This document shows, one piece after another, positions 15,906 through 30,920 of a stretch of 64,000 nucleotides of DNA (its first letter is position 1; every line of letters begins with the position of its first letter). The position numbers were made by a program, and so were the translations under genes. The notes below the pieces were generated by a model. It did not search any database. It worked only from the letters and a program-made list of their open reading frames with translations, and was not told where the DNA came from. Location: assembly GCF_009914755.1 (NCBI RefSeq), contig NC_060947.1; one strand, written 5' to 3'. This stretch comes from the human T2T-CHM13v2.0 reference genome, Homo sapiens.

Positions 15906-18399
15906 ACAAAGAAAACTACAGAGCAATATCCCTGATAAAAATAGAGGCAAAAATCCTCAACAAAACACTAGCAAGCAAAATTCAACAGCACATTAAAGAG
16001 ATCATTCACCATGATCCAATGATATTCCTTCCTGGGATGAAAAGATGGCTCCACATGTGCAAACCAATAAATACAATACATCACATTAATTGAATAAAGG
16101 ACAAAAACCATATGCTCATTGCAATTGATACGGAAAAAGCATTTGACAAAATTCAACATCCTTTCATAATAGAAACCTGCAAAAATTAAATATAAATATT
16201 CTGCAACAAAATAAAGGCCATGTGTGACAAACCTACAGCTAACATCATACCTAATGGGAACAGTTCAAAGCTTTTTCTTTAAGATCCAAAATAAGAAAAG
16301 GATACTCACTCTTGCCATGTCTATGCAACAGAGTATTGGAAGTCCAAGCCAGAGCTATTAATCAAGACAAAGAAATAAAGGACATCCAAATTGGAACGGA
16401 AGAAGTTAAACTACAGGTGACATGATCTTATATATAGAAAACCCTGAAGAATTCACCAAAAAGCTGTTAGAACTAATAAAAGGATTCCAGTTGCAAGATA
16501 CAAAATCAACATACAAAAATCAGTAACATTTCTATACACTGATAATAAACTACCTCAAAAAGAAATCAATAAAACAATCCCATTTATAATATCTATGAAA
16601 ACATACTTAGGAAGAAACTTAACCAAGGAAGTGAAACATCTCTACACTGAAAACTATAAAACATTGACAAAAGAAATTGAAGACATTAATAAATGGAAAG
16701 ACATCCCACATTCATGGATTGGAGGAGTCAATATTGTTAAAATGTCCATACTATCCAAGCAATCTACAAATTTGATGCAATCGCTATGAAAACATGAAGG
16801 ATATTCTTCATAGAAATAAAACATCCTAAACTTCATATGGAACCACAAAAGACCCTGAATACCCACAGCAATCTTGAACAAAAAAAAACAAGAGTTGTCA
16901 CACTACATTACTTCAAAATATGCTACAAAGCTATAGTAACAAAAACAGCATGATACTGGCATAGGAACTGATACAGAGACCACTGGAGCAGAATAGAGAA
17001 CTCAGAAATAAATCTACACATTTACAGCCATCTGATTTTCCACAAAGGTGTCAAGAACACACATTGGGGAAAGAACAGTCTCTTTAATAAATGCTGTTGG
17101 AACAACTGGATATCCACATGTAGGAGAATGAAACTAGACCCTTATCTTACCTCATGTACAAAAATGAACTCAAAATGGATTAAATACTAAAATCTAAAAG
17201 CCAAAATTATAAAACTTCTAGAAGAAAATATAGGAGAAAAACTATATGACATTAGTCATGTTAATGATTTTTTGGATATAACACCGAAAGCACAGGAAAT
17301 AAAAACAAAAATAAACACGTTAAACAACATCAAACTAAAAAGCTCTACAAGGCCAAGAAAGCAGTTAATAAAATAGAAAGACAATCTATAGAATAGGAGA
17401 ATATATTTGCTAACCATCCCTCTGATAAGGAGTTAATATACGAATTATATAAAGAACTTAAAGAATTCACTAGCAAGAAAACAATCCAGTTTTAAAATGG
17501 GCAAAGGACCTGAATAGATATTTCTCAAAAGAAGACATACAAATTCCAAGAGGTATATGAAGAAATGCTGAACATCACTGATCATGAGGGAAATGCAATT
17601 TAAATCCACAAGGAGATATCACCTCACACCTGTTAGAATGGCCATTGTGAAAAAGACAAAAGATAAATGTTGACGAAGAGGTGGAGAAAAGGGAGCATTT
17701 GAAAACTGTTGGTGGGAATATTAGTCAATACAGTCCTTAAGGAAAACAGTATAAAGGTTCCTCAAAAAACTAAAAATAGAGCTATCATATAATCTTGCAA
17801 TCTTATTACTGGGTATATATCAAAAGGAAATGAAATCAGTATGCCAATTAGATATCTGCACTCTCATGTTCATTGCAGCATTATTCACAATGTCTATCAA
17901 TGAATGAATGGATAAAGAAAATGTGGCATAAATACACAATGGAATACTATTCAGCTATAAAAGAAGAAAATCTTGCCTTTTCTGACAACATGAATGAACC
18001 CGGAGGACAAGTACAGAAATGCAAATACTGTATGATCTCACTCATATGTGGAACAAAAATATTAGATCTTAGAATTATAGAGTGGTGGCTATGATGGGCT
18101 GGAGTATTTGAAGGGGGGTGTTGTGGAGATGTTAGCTAAAGGATAAAAAATCTCAGAAGGAATAAGTTCAAGAAATTGTACACCATGATAACTATAGTTA
18201 ATAAAAATATTCTTGAAAAATGCTAAGAGCAGATCTTAAGTGTTCTCATCACAAAAATGATAACTATGTGAGGTAGTACATATGTTAACTAGCTAGATTT
18301 AGTCACTCCACACTGCATATATACATAAAACATTATGTTCTACATAAAAATACATACAATTTTACTCATCAATTAAAAACTAAAATAAAAAAATAAAAT

Positions 18400-18990
18400 A
18401 CAATATGGAAAATTTAAAATTAGGCTTTACTTTTCAAAAGACATGTCAGTGTCAAGATCATTGTTACTTGAATAAATATATTTAGTAAAAACATTAAACT
18501 CTGGAGTGGTCTTTGAATCACCTCCTGACATGTATTGATCAATGATCAATTATAGGTAGAGAATATCAGAAAGCAACTTTTATGCCTGGGTAACCAATGT
18601 GATAACACATGACTTCATTGTTTGGTGACTGAACAACAAGTAGATGCAAAGTTGCTGAATAGTTAGCTGTCTATGTGACATAAGCTTCTGTAGACAGGAA
18701 GACTAAAATCACGTACAATCTAATAACTATCATAATTCTAAAGTTCTGATGTATGTAAATAACATTTTAAGACATCTGCAATGACAGTTATGTGATATAA
18801 AAATATCTGTGATTTCTATTGTTGACAGTCACAGGTACTGCTAATCCTATTGCGGTTTGTTGTCTATTATCATAATATAAGATAATGTCAAATTTTAGTT
18901 AGGTTAGTGAAAATCGAGATTTAATTTTTTTCTGATGTGCATTCTGAGAATCCTCCATTGCTGTAGGCTGATGCCTGGTTATGAACCCTG
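18400..18990 (+). mobile_element. Charlie7-like hAT transposon, right end
   Basis: gacatctgcaatgacag...aaatatctgtgatttctattg...cacaggtactgctaat...ggttagtgaaaat; right TIR ggttatgaaccctg, then cttagag. Confidence 0.75.
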
Positions 18991-20292
18991 CTTAGAGTGT
19001 AGTTTCAGTTGCATGGAAAGAATGTAAGCAAATGAAGTGGAATCATAGCCAAACTGCAAAACTGGGCTAAAGAGCACAAGTCAAAAAAAGACTGAAAGGG
19101 GAAACACCTCTTCCTCAGGTGTAGAAAAGAAAGGAGAAGATGGCTTTCTGTATATTTAGAAGATGAAATATTTATTTTCCTGCAGTGTCCTTTGCAAAGA
19201 AGTCTTCTTTCTTTATGAGATGTCCTGTAAAATCAGCTTTAGAAAAAGATTGTGCATAATTGATTATTTTGTGGCACACTAGGACTTTAAAATAATATCA
19301 TTCTTATATAATAGCTTTTTTAAAGTCTCATTTTTATCATTAAAAATGAACATCAGACTTTTCCCTAATATCTACAATGCAGCAAGACCTTTTAAACTCA
19401 GGTGCTGCTTACTTTCCAAGAATGGCATTTTCTCCTACAGCTATTCTTTCCTCATGATATATTTCTGTTTCCCACACATATCAAGTTTTGCTCATGTGAG
19501 CTTTCCTTGATTTATAAGTGTTATTTTTGTATTTTTCTATTAAAGAAGACTCTTTGATTATTAGAATTTTCATATCACATACTAAAGTAACACCATAATC
19601 TATTACCATCTCATACAATCTTTATGACAAATATTTTATAATGGTAATGGGCCATCTTCAATAAGGATCGACGTCTTGCAAAATTTGGTTCAAATTTGGC
19701 TATTTCTAATAAGCCTTATGTGAAAAATCCCTCTAATTCCTCTGCTCAATTGACAGAGATGAAATGGATTTACAGCATTGATGATTAGATGTTTGAAGAA
19801 GGGAATTAGAGCTCACACTCTTTCCATTTGTTTCATTTACCTAGGTTTTGACCTCACTATGCAGCATGAGTAGTAGTTTCTAGAACATTGTTTTTGCTGT
19901 GATATTTATCATTTATTAAAAATAAATACAATGTTGACATTTTTCTTACTAAAAGAGTAGAGTATAGGCTTTTAGTTTTCTGAAATTTTTCTAAGAATTA
20001 CCCTTGCTCTGATAATTCTCTTTGAAGTTGTTAAACCTAAGACACTGCCTAATTACAGATAATCTGCTTAGAGGGCTGGAATAAATGTTTGGTTGGATTT
20101 ATGTAACATGTGTTATTATTTGAGGAGGCTGACTCCTAGAGGGCAGCATCCTTGAAGGATCTCTAGCACTTACATATCGAAATATTAGGTCACTTAACTC
20201 AGTGAAAGGGTTATTGTCCATTCTCTCAAGGTTCATGATCATCCAACTGCTTCTCATTGTGTTTTAAGTCATCTTAACCCTTCAGAGCCGAT

Positions 20293-20415
20293 ATTTTCGT
20301 CAACATATGTTTATTGCACACACACTTAGCGCAGATTACTGTGTTAGGCAAAATGGAGCTACAGACCACAAATTAGGAATGGCCCTTGCCCTTGAGGAGC
20401 TTATAGTTCATAGAA
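20293..20415 (-). mobile_element. L2 3' end fragment
   Basis: tcaacatatgtttattgcac...actgtgttaggc...cccttgcccttgaggagcttatagt. Confidence 0.65.
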
Positions 20416-21520
20416 ATGACACTTGCCTCTGTTGGTTTTTACTTTCCATTACTCTCTCATGCCCTAAAACATCTCAGTGCTGCCCTTCCTACTACAGGCT
20501 GGAGCCAAGAATTTATACAAATAAGGGGTGTTACAAATTTTGCTTTTGTAATGCTATTTTCTGTCAAAGGCACCTGCCATTACTCCTTTGTTAGGAGTAG
20601 GGCTGGCACATACTGGGCCAGCCCTGGCTTTTCTAGTAAAACATTTAACCGGGGCATAAACCAGGTATCCGTCACAATTGTTACATTCTCTACTTGTTAT
20701 TTCAATTTCAAAATGAGAGGCTCTGCCCAGCATCAGCTTTAGTTCAATAAACAATGCCCTTAGGACTTATTGTCTTATGGTTAAGAAAGGATGAGACATA
20801 ATTTCATAACTAATGTGGTATCTAAATTGTGACTCGACTACATGAGAATGTTATTTCTTGTCATCTCCACCTATGTTTAACTATATGCCCAAGTGTGCAT
20901 AGGAACACGGAGGCCAAAATGAAATTTTGAATTTTATGTATTTCTGTTTTACTTAGACTCATTGAACCAGTTTAAACTTATAATCTACATTAAAATGGCC
21001 CTTATGTAAAATGTTCCCCTAAGAACAAAAATAAAGTCTTTATTTTTTCTATCCCCTTTCACCAATTAAACCCAGCTCAACAGCATTTTCATTAAAGACA
21101 TTGTGGTATTTTTCTTTAACACCATTTGCTTTGGTTAAATTCTGTTTTGCATTTCAGAGACAGTAAGAGAGAGTATTGTTTGCTACAGTGTTGTCATAAG
21201 ATTTTATAACACTGGTTGATGATGGCAAAGATTTCTTTCCATGAAGGACAGACACTCATGTGTAAATAATTAATATCCAAGAAAATATCCAGTCTATACT
21301 AAGCATGCCTACCTCTTCAAAGTCTTGGAAAAGCAGAAGATGTACCTTTTAGATTTGACATATATAAAACCTATAATTCACCGCAGGGGTTATTTTCTGA
21401 TCTTAAACTACAGCTATTTCAAACTCCGGATTAGCTATTTGGATATACTTGTTTTTTTATAGATTCCACTTCTCCCATATCCTATTAGTATTTGAGGTTC
21501 TTGTTTAAAACACAAACATA

Positions 21521-22003
<483 letters not shown>

Positions 22004-23160
22004 CTATTGACAAGAGTGGCATACAGTAGGTACCCCAATATATTTATTCCCTCTGTTTCTTTAATGAGGGTCCCCATAGTATAAGCAATTATTATCTATA
22101 TTTAAAAATAAAAGTAAAGAAATAAGTTTAACGTGCTATATTAAATGGAAAGGCTTATCAAAATGAGTCCAGGTAAAAATGTGCTTTTTACTTCTTTCTC
22201 CACCTCCCCTTCTCAAAAATTTTCACATTAATAGTGTAATGATAATATTTAATGAGAATGTGCTTCCTATGTGATGTTCATGTTAAAACAACGACATTCA
22301 GCTATTTTTTTTTGTTTAAAAATGCGCAGGCCAGAAATGTAAATTCTTACTATTATTATGTTTAACACTTAAAGTAAATAATTATCTACTGAAGGCTGAC
22401 AATTTTCACAGTTCTTAACACCTGGCCAAAACAGTATAGCGTCTGCACTAAGCTCCACATGATAGCAATTGGCCTAAATCTTATTCCCTCTGGGTTACAT
22501 TTTCATTGTGAACTTTCAGAGAATAAACAGATTCATAATACTATGAAATAAATGAGGCTTTACCACTTTAAACAGAATAGTCAGTTGTGCATGTTTGTAA
22601 AAATTCTGATAGAACACTCGCATGAAATATTACACTGTTTCTAATAACAGGAAGAATTGTATAGATACTTCACTCCATTACATTTTATAATTCAGGGCAA
22701 TTTCAAGAATTGGTCTGGAACCAAAGGTTTTAAGTAAAGGAGTTAGAGGAACACAAGATCAAAAAAACCCTGTATTCTAATTAAATCATTATAGTGGTTT
22801 CTATAATGGTGAACTGAAATAAATGATATGCAACGCCTCTAAAACACCTGATGCTTATCATATGGGCTCAGTGGATTATTCACAAAAGTGTCTGAGAACA
22901 GAGCTTACATTTTCCAAATAATTCAAAATGCTTAGGAAGAAAAGATGGCATTCTCCCCAGTTTTACAGAGTTTAATGCTTCTGTTTACTGGTATAAAAGA
23001 AAGTGTTAGGGTCTCATAGGTGCTGACAAATTATGTCCTTATGGCTCCTCTTATTATGTGAAAAAGCTTTAGTGATTTCTCACAAAATAAGGTGAGCTAC
23101 AGAGTCTAAATATCTTCGAGTGCCTAAACTTGTTTGATTAAAAAATTGAATCAGTGAAAC

Positions 23161-23892
23161 TGAAACCGTCTTTGCAAAGATTATAACTGAGAAAATTATT
23201 ACAGTGGAAGAGGTCTGACCTAACCCACTCCGTCTTGCTTCTAACCTCCAAGCTATCTTTGTTCATTCCTAGGCATAATCAAACTAACTTTGGGAAGAAC
23301 TTAGTTTATAGTTTAGCTTTCATACAAAGACTATAAGAGCCCTTTCACAAAACAAACCCTTTTCCTGGCTGGGGACTAGACTGCCTTTGCAGGACTAACA
23401 AATTAGCCACAAGATTAGAAATTATGGTTTAGCAATCATGCAACTGGAGGCTACAAGATTCTAATCCTCCTCCCCCAGATTTCTTCTGGGGATAATATCA
23501 CTATTGTAAAACCTAAGATCAGGGCTTGAGATATTTTGCAGCCTCTACACACAATGGATCAGCTGGTACCACGCAGATCGATAAACTGGCTCACCTGGGT
23601 CTTGTGGCCCCAACCCAGGAACTGATTCAGGATAAGAGGATAGCTTCCACTCCCTATGATTTCATCTCTGACCCAACCAATCAGCACTCCTGATTCACTG
23701 GCCCCCTACCCGCCAAGTTATCCTTAAAATCTCTGGTCCCCAAATTCTTGCGAGACTGATACGAGTAATAATAAAACTGGTCTGCCACACAGCCAGCTCT
23801 GCATGAGTTACTCTTTCTGTATTGCAATCCCCTGTCTTGGTAAATCGGCTCTGTATAGGCAGCAGGCAAGGTGAGGCCATTGGGCATTTACA
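23161..23892 (+). mobile_element. ERV1 solo LTR (LTR8-like)
   Basis: tgaaaccgtctttgcaaag...cttgcttctaacctccaagct...aataaaactggtct...ttaca; TG...CA ends; 4-bp flank aaac/aagc. Confidence 0.88.
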
Positions 23893-23920
23893 AAGCAACT
23901 GGTTTTTGGCAGAGGAGTAA

Positions 23921-24189
<269 letters not shown>

Positions 24190-25341
24190 TTAGTTGGTTT
24201 TAATAAACTGTATAAACTCATTCTCTCATTTTTCTTCTCGAAATGAGTATATATTTGCAGATAGGAACGAATCTACTTATAATTTTGTGTGTGTACCTTA
24301 TTGAGACACGGACAGGATTTTGATGGGCTATGATTATTTTAAAAGGTATATGCTTTAAACATTGGCTTTTTAAAGGCTTCACTAGATTATTTTGACATGA
24401 TTCGCCTTCTACTGCTTCCATGAAGCCACGTTATTTTAGTTCTTTCTAGGGAGGACAAAAACAGTTTAACATTTAAATGCTGACAAACACTGGAACAAAA
24501 TAATAAGCCATATAGTGTCTCTCCACTTCCTCCAGTCTGGTCCAACTCAGATGTCCCTAGGACCATATGTGTATAATTTTAGAACTGCTTTGGGAAATTC
24601 GGTTTCCAAGAATAAGAATAAAAATAAAGTGGGAAGAATGAGACTAGTTATAACTTATGACCTTATTATAATATATCTCTGCCAAAAATATCTTCAGAAG
24701 CACAATCACTTCACTTCTATTATTACATTATCACACAAACTAAGTGCATTCTAAATCTCAAAGGTTGTTTTTTTTTTTTTTCTCACATGGTTCATTTCCA
24801 TGTAAATCTCACAATTTTTAAAGTTTGTTCCTAGGAATAACAATATAATAAACAGGCTAACTTTTTGTTAGAAATTTAACATAAAAAATGACTTGTTTAT
24901 TTCTCAGGGCAACACAAAACTGCCAAGGTTTGTGACCCACATGTGTTATTTCTTCTATTCAGAGCAATGCTAATGATTTGAATGTACCCTTTTCAATATG
25001 CCACAAAGTATCCTTTTGGGAGTTACTTGAGCAATATTCTAAGGACTCTTTTCTCTATAAAGAGTCAGGAGTGTTCATTTAGATCCATGTTTTCTCTGAA
25101 AAGTATTTTCCTGGCATTTCCATGTATAAAACAACCCTGAAGTCAGAGAAAAGAGATTTGATATGGTATAGTTTGTTGCACTTCAAGTGAGAAATGTCGA
25201 TGTTTTAACAAATTAGTCTTTTAACCTTAACTCCTTTTAAAATCCTAAAACTTTGGACATTTGTTCAAGCTTTGACTCATTCATTTATCCTTTCGTTTTT
25301 TAGTAAATTTAGGGGCGAAAATTATTTTGTTAGAAAATCAC

Positions 25342-25374
25342 TAGCACCATCTACTGTTGCTTTTTGGAACTACC
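25342..25374 (-). promoter_or_regulatory. Candidate CTCF site with upstream (ZF9-11) module
   Basis: Minus strand acagtagatggtgcta vs consensus CCAGTAGATGGCGCTA, plus ggaactac at the expected spacing; motif only. Confidence 0.4.
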
Positions 25375-25409
25375 TCAAAATACTTTTTAAAAAATTATAT
25401 CTACATATT

Positions 25410-27092
25410 TGAATTTTAAATATTTTTATCTTTTATTATAGATATAGAAGGTACACGTATGGATTTGTTTCCTGGGTATGTTGCACTCAGGTATTGAGCA
25501 TAGTAACCAATAGATAGTTTTAAATCCATTCCTCCCCTCCTCCCTCTAGGAATCTGCAATGTCTATTGTTCCTATGTTTATGTCCGTGGGTGTTCCATGC
25601 TTAGCTATCACTTACAAGTAAAAACATGCAGTATTTGGTTTTCAGTTTCTGCATTAATTTCCTTAGGATTACGGTCTCTAGTTCCATCCGTGTTGTTGCA
25701 AAGGACATGGTTTCAGTTTTTTTTATGACTGCATACTATTCCATGATGCATATGTACCACACTTTCTTTATCCAATCCACCTAGGTTGATTCCATGTCTT
25801 TGCTATCATGAATACTGCAGGAATAAAAATACAAGTGCATGTGTCTTTTTGGTATGATGATCTATTTTCCTTTGGGTATATACCCAGTAATAGGATTGCT
25901 GGGTCAAATGGTAATTGTTTTAAGTTCCTTGAGAAATCTCCAAACTGCTTTCCACAGTGGCTAAACTAATTTTTATTCCCACCAGCAGTGTATAAGCACT
26001 CCCTTTTCTCTGTAGCTTCACCAGCATCTGTTGTTTTTTGAATTTTTAATAATAGCCATTCTAACTGGTGTGAGATGGTATTTCATTGTATTTTGTATTT
26101 GTCTTTTCATGTTTGTTGGCCACATGTATGTCTTCTTTTGAAAAGTGTTTGTTTATGTCCTTTGCCCATTTTTAATGGGGTTATTTGTTTTTGCCTATTG
26201 ATTTGTTGGAGTTCCTTATAGATCCTGGATATTAGACCTTTGTAGGATGCAGTTCGTGAATATTTTCTTTCATTCAGTGAGTTTTCTATTTACTCTATTG
26301 ATAGTTTTTTTTTCTGTGAAGGAACTCTTTAGTTTAATTAGGTCGTACTTGTCAAGTTTTGTTTTCTGCAATTGCTTTTAAGAACTTAGCCAAAAGTTCA
26401 TCACTAAGGCTGATGTCAAGAAGTGTTCCTAGGTTTACTTCTAGGATTCTCATACTTAGAGGTCTTACATTTAAGTCTTCAAATCACATTGACTTAATTT
26501 TTATATATGTTTAAAGGCAAGGGTCCAGTTTCAATCTTCTGCATATGGCTATCCAGCTATATCCCAGCACCATTTATTGAATTGAGAATCCTTTCCCCAT
26601 TGCTTGTTTTTGTTGGCCTTGTCAAAGATCAGATGTTTGTAAGTATGAGGCTTTATTTCTGAGTTTACTATTCTGTTCCATTGGTCTATGTGCCTAGTTT
26701 TGTGCTAGTACCATGATGTTTTGGTTACTATAGCCTTATAATATAATTTGAAGTTAGGTAGTGTGATGCCTCTGGCTTTGTTCTTTCTTGCTTAGGATTT
26801 CTTTAGCTCTTCAGTTTCTTTTTTGGTTCTATATGAATTTTAGAACTTTTTTTTCTAATTCTCTAAAGAGTGGCAATGTTAGTTTGATAAGAATATTGTT
26901 GAATCTGTAAATTGCTTTGGGCAGTATGCCATTTTAACGATATTGATGCATCCAATCTGTAAGCATGAGATGTTTTTTTTCATTTATTTGTGTCATCTCT
27001 GTTTTTTTTCTTTTTTTCTTTTCAGCTGTCTTTTGTCATTCTCCTTATAGAGATCTTTCACTTCCTTGGGTAGTTGTATTCCTAGGTATTTC
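25410..27092 (-). mobile_element. 5'-truncated L1PA15/16-like element
   Basis: 3'UTR caggtattgagcatagtaaccaatagatagtttt; decayed ORF2 C-terminal half. Confidence 0.85.
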
Positions 27093-27096
27093 ACAT

Positions 27097-27107
27097 ACAT
27101 ATATATA

Positions 27108-27161
<54 letters not shown>

Positions 27162-27216
27162 AATTGTATATGGTATATATATAATGTATATATAATGTAA
27201 TGGTATATATATATAT
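27097..27216. repeat. (TA)n microsatellite / TA-rich tract
   Basis: ~24 perfect TA units plus degenerate flanks. Confidence 0.95.
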
Positions 27217-27670
27217 ACCAATTGAAAAATGATTGCAAGAGATTTGGACTTTATAATGATTGAAAAAGATTTGGAATCTTACTAAACAAAATTTAAATGT
27301 TAAATATTATTATGTGTGCCTTCAAAGTCTGAGTGGGTAAAAACTAATTATGTATTTGGACATTAGGGGTTAGGTAAAAAGAAATAAGTGATAAAAACAT
27401 TATCACTATCCTCAGGAGTCCTAAGGAACGAAATAAAATCACATTCTCAAAAACCATATAAATGTAATTTTCTGAAGTGGTTTTGAGATTCATGGATGTC
27501 ATGGACCAGTAAAATATCTCCCCAATTTTAGGGACCAACATAAGGTTGCCAGCTTTTTATTTTGCTTGTTGTAACCATTAAAATTTTAGTTCACTTTTAG
27601 GATAATTTCACACACATAAAACTAACACAATTTTAGAATATAAGGCAGTCTATTAAAAAACGTAATACAT

Positions 27671-27804
27671 ACTGCGGCCTGCTGGAGGGTGGAGGGTGGG
27701 AAGAGGGAGAGGATCAGCAAAAATAACTAAAGGATACTAGGCTTAATACCTGGGTGATGAAATAATCTATGTAACGAACTCCCATGACACACGTTTACCT
27801 ATGT
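27671..27804 (+). mobile_element. L1PA11-14-like 3'UTR fragment with TSD but no poly(A)
   Basis: ggagggtggagggtgggaagagggagaggatcag...ggcttaatacctgggtgatgaaataatc...gtttacctatgt; TSD aaaaa(c/t)gtaatacat. Confidence 0.8.
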
Positions 27805-30800
27805 AAAAATGTAATACATTTAGTGTTATGAAAAATTCAATGTTGTTTTTATTTTTCTCATTTGTCTGGAATGGCACTGGTCAAATAATAAACTGTTACT
27901 TGGGAACAACAATTTTACAGCATATCAGATGAAGACTAGATAATGAAGTTTCAAGAAGAAAAAGAGTAGGCCATGGTATTTTAAAGTATTTTAAAGGTAT
28001 TATAGGAGGACATTATAGAAAGAATGGCTTGCACTCTGTGTTGGTGGGTGGGTGCTATGGAATTGATTAGTTCTCATTCACAACATTTTTTTTCCTGTCA
28101 CTTAGAAAATTTGGCATCAATTGAGATCTAGAAATACGTAAAGAAAATAAATGGCATTGACAGTTTTATTGGTTACCAGAAGTATTATCACAAAACAAAG
28201 AGCATAGTAATAAAGTGATTTATGGGAAAATATTATGTGACTTAGGAGAAATCAAAATGTGTATTCAATTATGCCAAAAATATCCTGAACTAAAGAAGTT
28301 CTTCTTTGCTTTTTATTGACACAATTAAAATTTCTGTCAAAGGAAACAAGCATTTCCATGTGGTTTAATTATGTTCTCTAACTAGACTTTCTCTAAATCT
28401 TCTGGCATCACTGGACCGTATTCTAATCAGATTCTGTTATGTTATGTTAAATCTGTGGTTCTTTTTAATGCCCTAAAGAATTTGATAAAATAAAAAAGAT
28501 ATTTAAATAAAAAAGGAATTGTAGCTACCTACCCTAGAGAAAAATAATTATGAAGAAGACATAGGATGAAAATATTTGCCAGTCTAATCACTACATGATT
28601 TCTAATACATATTTCCAAATGAAGTAATCCACTTCCTATGAAATACCAAAATAAGTTCCCATGGTAAGCAGTCTGAATATGGGGTTTGGCACAAGTAAAT
28701 TATTTCTCTCCTTACAGTTAATAATTAGTACACGCAGAATGGTTGCAAATTTCCAATTTTCATGGACCTAATAGCAACAAAATTGTAAATTATAGGATTG
28801 GAAAAAAACTTGATGAAAGCAAGAAAGCCAATGGTTTAGGGGAAATAATACAGTTCCAATTGAATAACCAATTCTGAATTGTTAAGAGGAAATAATGAGA
28901 CAATGTTGATCGATAGAAGCTTCTTGTATCAATGGGGCATTGTTGAAAGGAATATTCACTTATAATAATCACGATTTGTTAAATTCTACCTGGTTTTGGA
29001 AGAGACCTTCAGAGCAGAACATCAAAAAAGAATAATACTTAGATTAGGGATCCCATAATCACACCATTATATTTATGTACAAATTTACAAATGAGCATTA
29101 TTTTAAAAAAATATGTACGCAGTTTTAGATCTGGAGTTTCCAATTGTATAGTGGCACACAGAGAGGGTTTTGATAAGACTCAAAGACTGTTTGGGATTAG
29201 TCTGTCCATCTTCCTCTTGACTAACTTGAAAAAGAATACAATAATTTCTACCAAGGAGGTGAGATTAAAAAGAATAAATGGAGAGGAGACTTTTTACTGT
29301 GAGCCAAGCAGAATGGTAGTAAAGGAGTTCCTGATGTCATTTTTTTTAAATTTCTTATTTTTTGCTAATCACAACAAAACAGGTAAGAATGTAAGAATTC
29401 GGTTAGGGAATTCCCCATATTAAACAAGTATGTATTAAGTGAAATTGTGGTTGTTAGGCTGCCTGGTGCATGGTGTGATGTGAGGAATTTGAGAAGGTTT
29501 CTCATTCTTTAACTCTCTCCTTTCCTGAAGACTTCTTGTTGGTACCTAAAATTAAATCATTAACAAATCTTTCCTTTAATTAACTAAAGTTCCTGGAGAG
29601 CCCTTTCAAATATTAATTTTATGTACTGCTCCTGAGTAAGTGGTAACGCTAACAATATGAATTAATTTTGCCAGTTGTGAAAAGACATGATACTGTAAAT
29701 AGTAGGTAGCAATGGAGTAGGTGGGGTTGGGGACTTGAAAAGGAGGAAACAGCCCACAAAAAGAAGGAAGACAGAAACAAAATTACATTTCTGACTATTT
29801 TACAATTTGGCCTAGGGACAGTTCTTGGTACTAGGTAAACTTCTTAGTGGATTATTTAAATTAGACAGAATGCATGAGGCGATGATTTAAAAACAAACAA
29901 AAACTAATTTTATCTTCACATTTTTTAATCTTGTGCAGGTCTTTACCAATTTATTTGATGTAAAATTTGCTGAGTAGAGTAAGAAGCTTTCCTAGTTGAT
30001 ACAAGTTAGTTTATTTGAAAAGGAGGATATTTAACATTAATGAAAATACTTTTCAATTGGCAGATAAATCATTGTTTAGCTTTTGACGTGCTTGCTAGAC
30101 AATTTTGGACCCAAGCCATACACTACTTTTTCAGAGAATGTTTCACTTCAAAAACAAGATCTGTAGAGTTGGAAATAGCAAGTGGTTTTCACTGGGAAAT
30201 CCTAATTGGCATCTGTCAATTCTGACCTGCTGCTGAAAGACATAAAATGTCAATTTCCATTTCAGTTGAGATAGGCTTCTCATCAGTAACTTTTAGAGCA
30301 TTAAGTGGCTCTAATACAAGTGGCGTCATTTGAATCTGGTGGCAAAAGAGGTCCTCTCTTTCTCATCTCCTTATTAACCCGACTTCCACCTGCCACTATT
30401 CAGGAACGTCCACCCTGCAAAGAAATTTAAATTTACATGCAGTTCCGGAAACTTCAAGGACTAAAACTAGGAGTTACATTCCAGAGAGAGAAACAAAGTA
30501 AGCAGAGGATTTAAGATACTGGCTGGGGACAAAATCATGAAGGAGACTAATTAAGCAAGTCTATTAACAAATAAGTTGAGAAAATTTAAGACCAGAGACA
30601 GAAGTAGACAGGATTCCAGAGATAGAAAGGCAGAAATCCTAAGTGACTGGGATCATGGTCAGAACCCAAAGCTGGGATTCAAATGCCAGAGTCCAGGAAA
30701 CAAAGCAGCCTAGATAACTGAGACAAATTTGCCAACTGATTATCACTAACTTTTCACCAACATCAGTGACTGTGGAAAGGGAGAAAAAGGACTTATACTA

Positions 30801-30869
30801 TATAGTATATGGATTTTAAAATGCTTGGCTTTGAGAATAGTAAAAAATGACAATGGGCTTGCAACACTT

Positions 30870-30920
30870 TTAGAGATCATGGAACATAGGAACACTCAAT
30901 AAACATTAGCTATCATTATG
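30870..30920 (+). mobile_element. MIR 3' end remnant
   Basis: ggaacataggaacactcaataaacattagctatcattat. Confidence 0.45.

Noticed and set aside
15727-15996. Lys/Arg-rich and Phe-rich ORFs
   Set aside because: They are the (AAAAG)n repeat.
20307-20754. Overlapping 66-108-aa ORFs
   Set aside because: Partly L2-derived, with no motif and within chance length.
29091-29423. 110-aa ORF in unique DNA with a strong donor-like cag|gtaaga at ~29382
   Set aside because: No recognisable protein, AT-rich composition, and no convincing paired acceptor.
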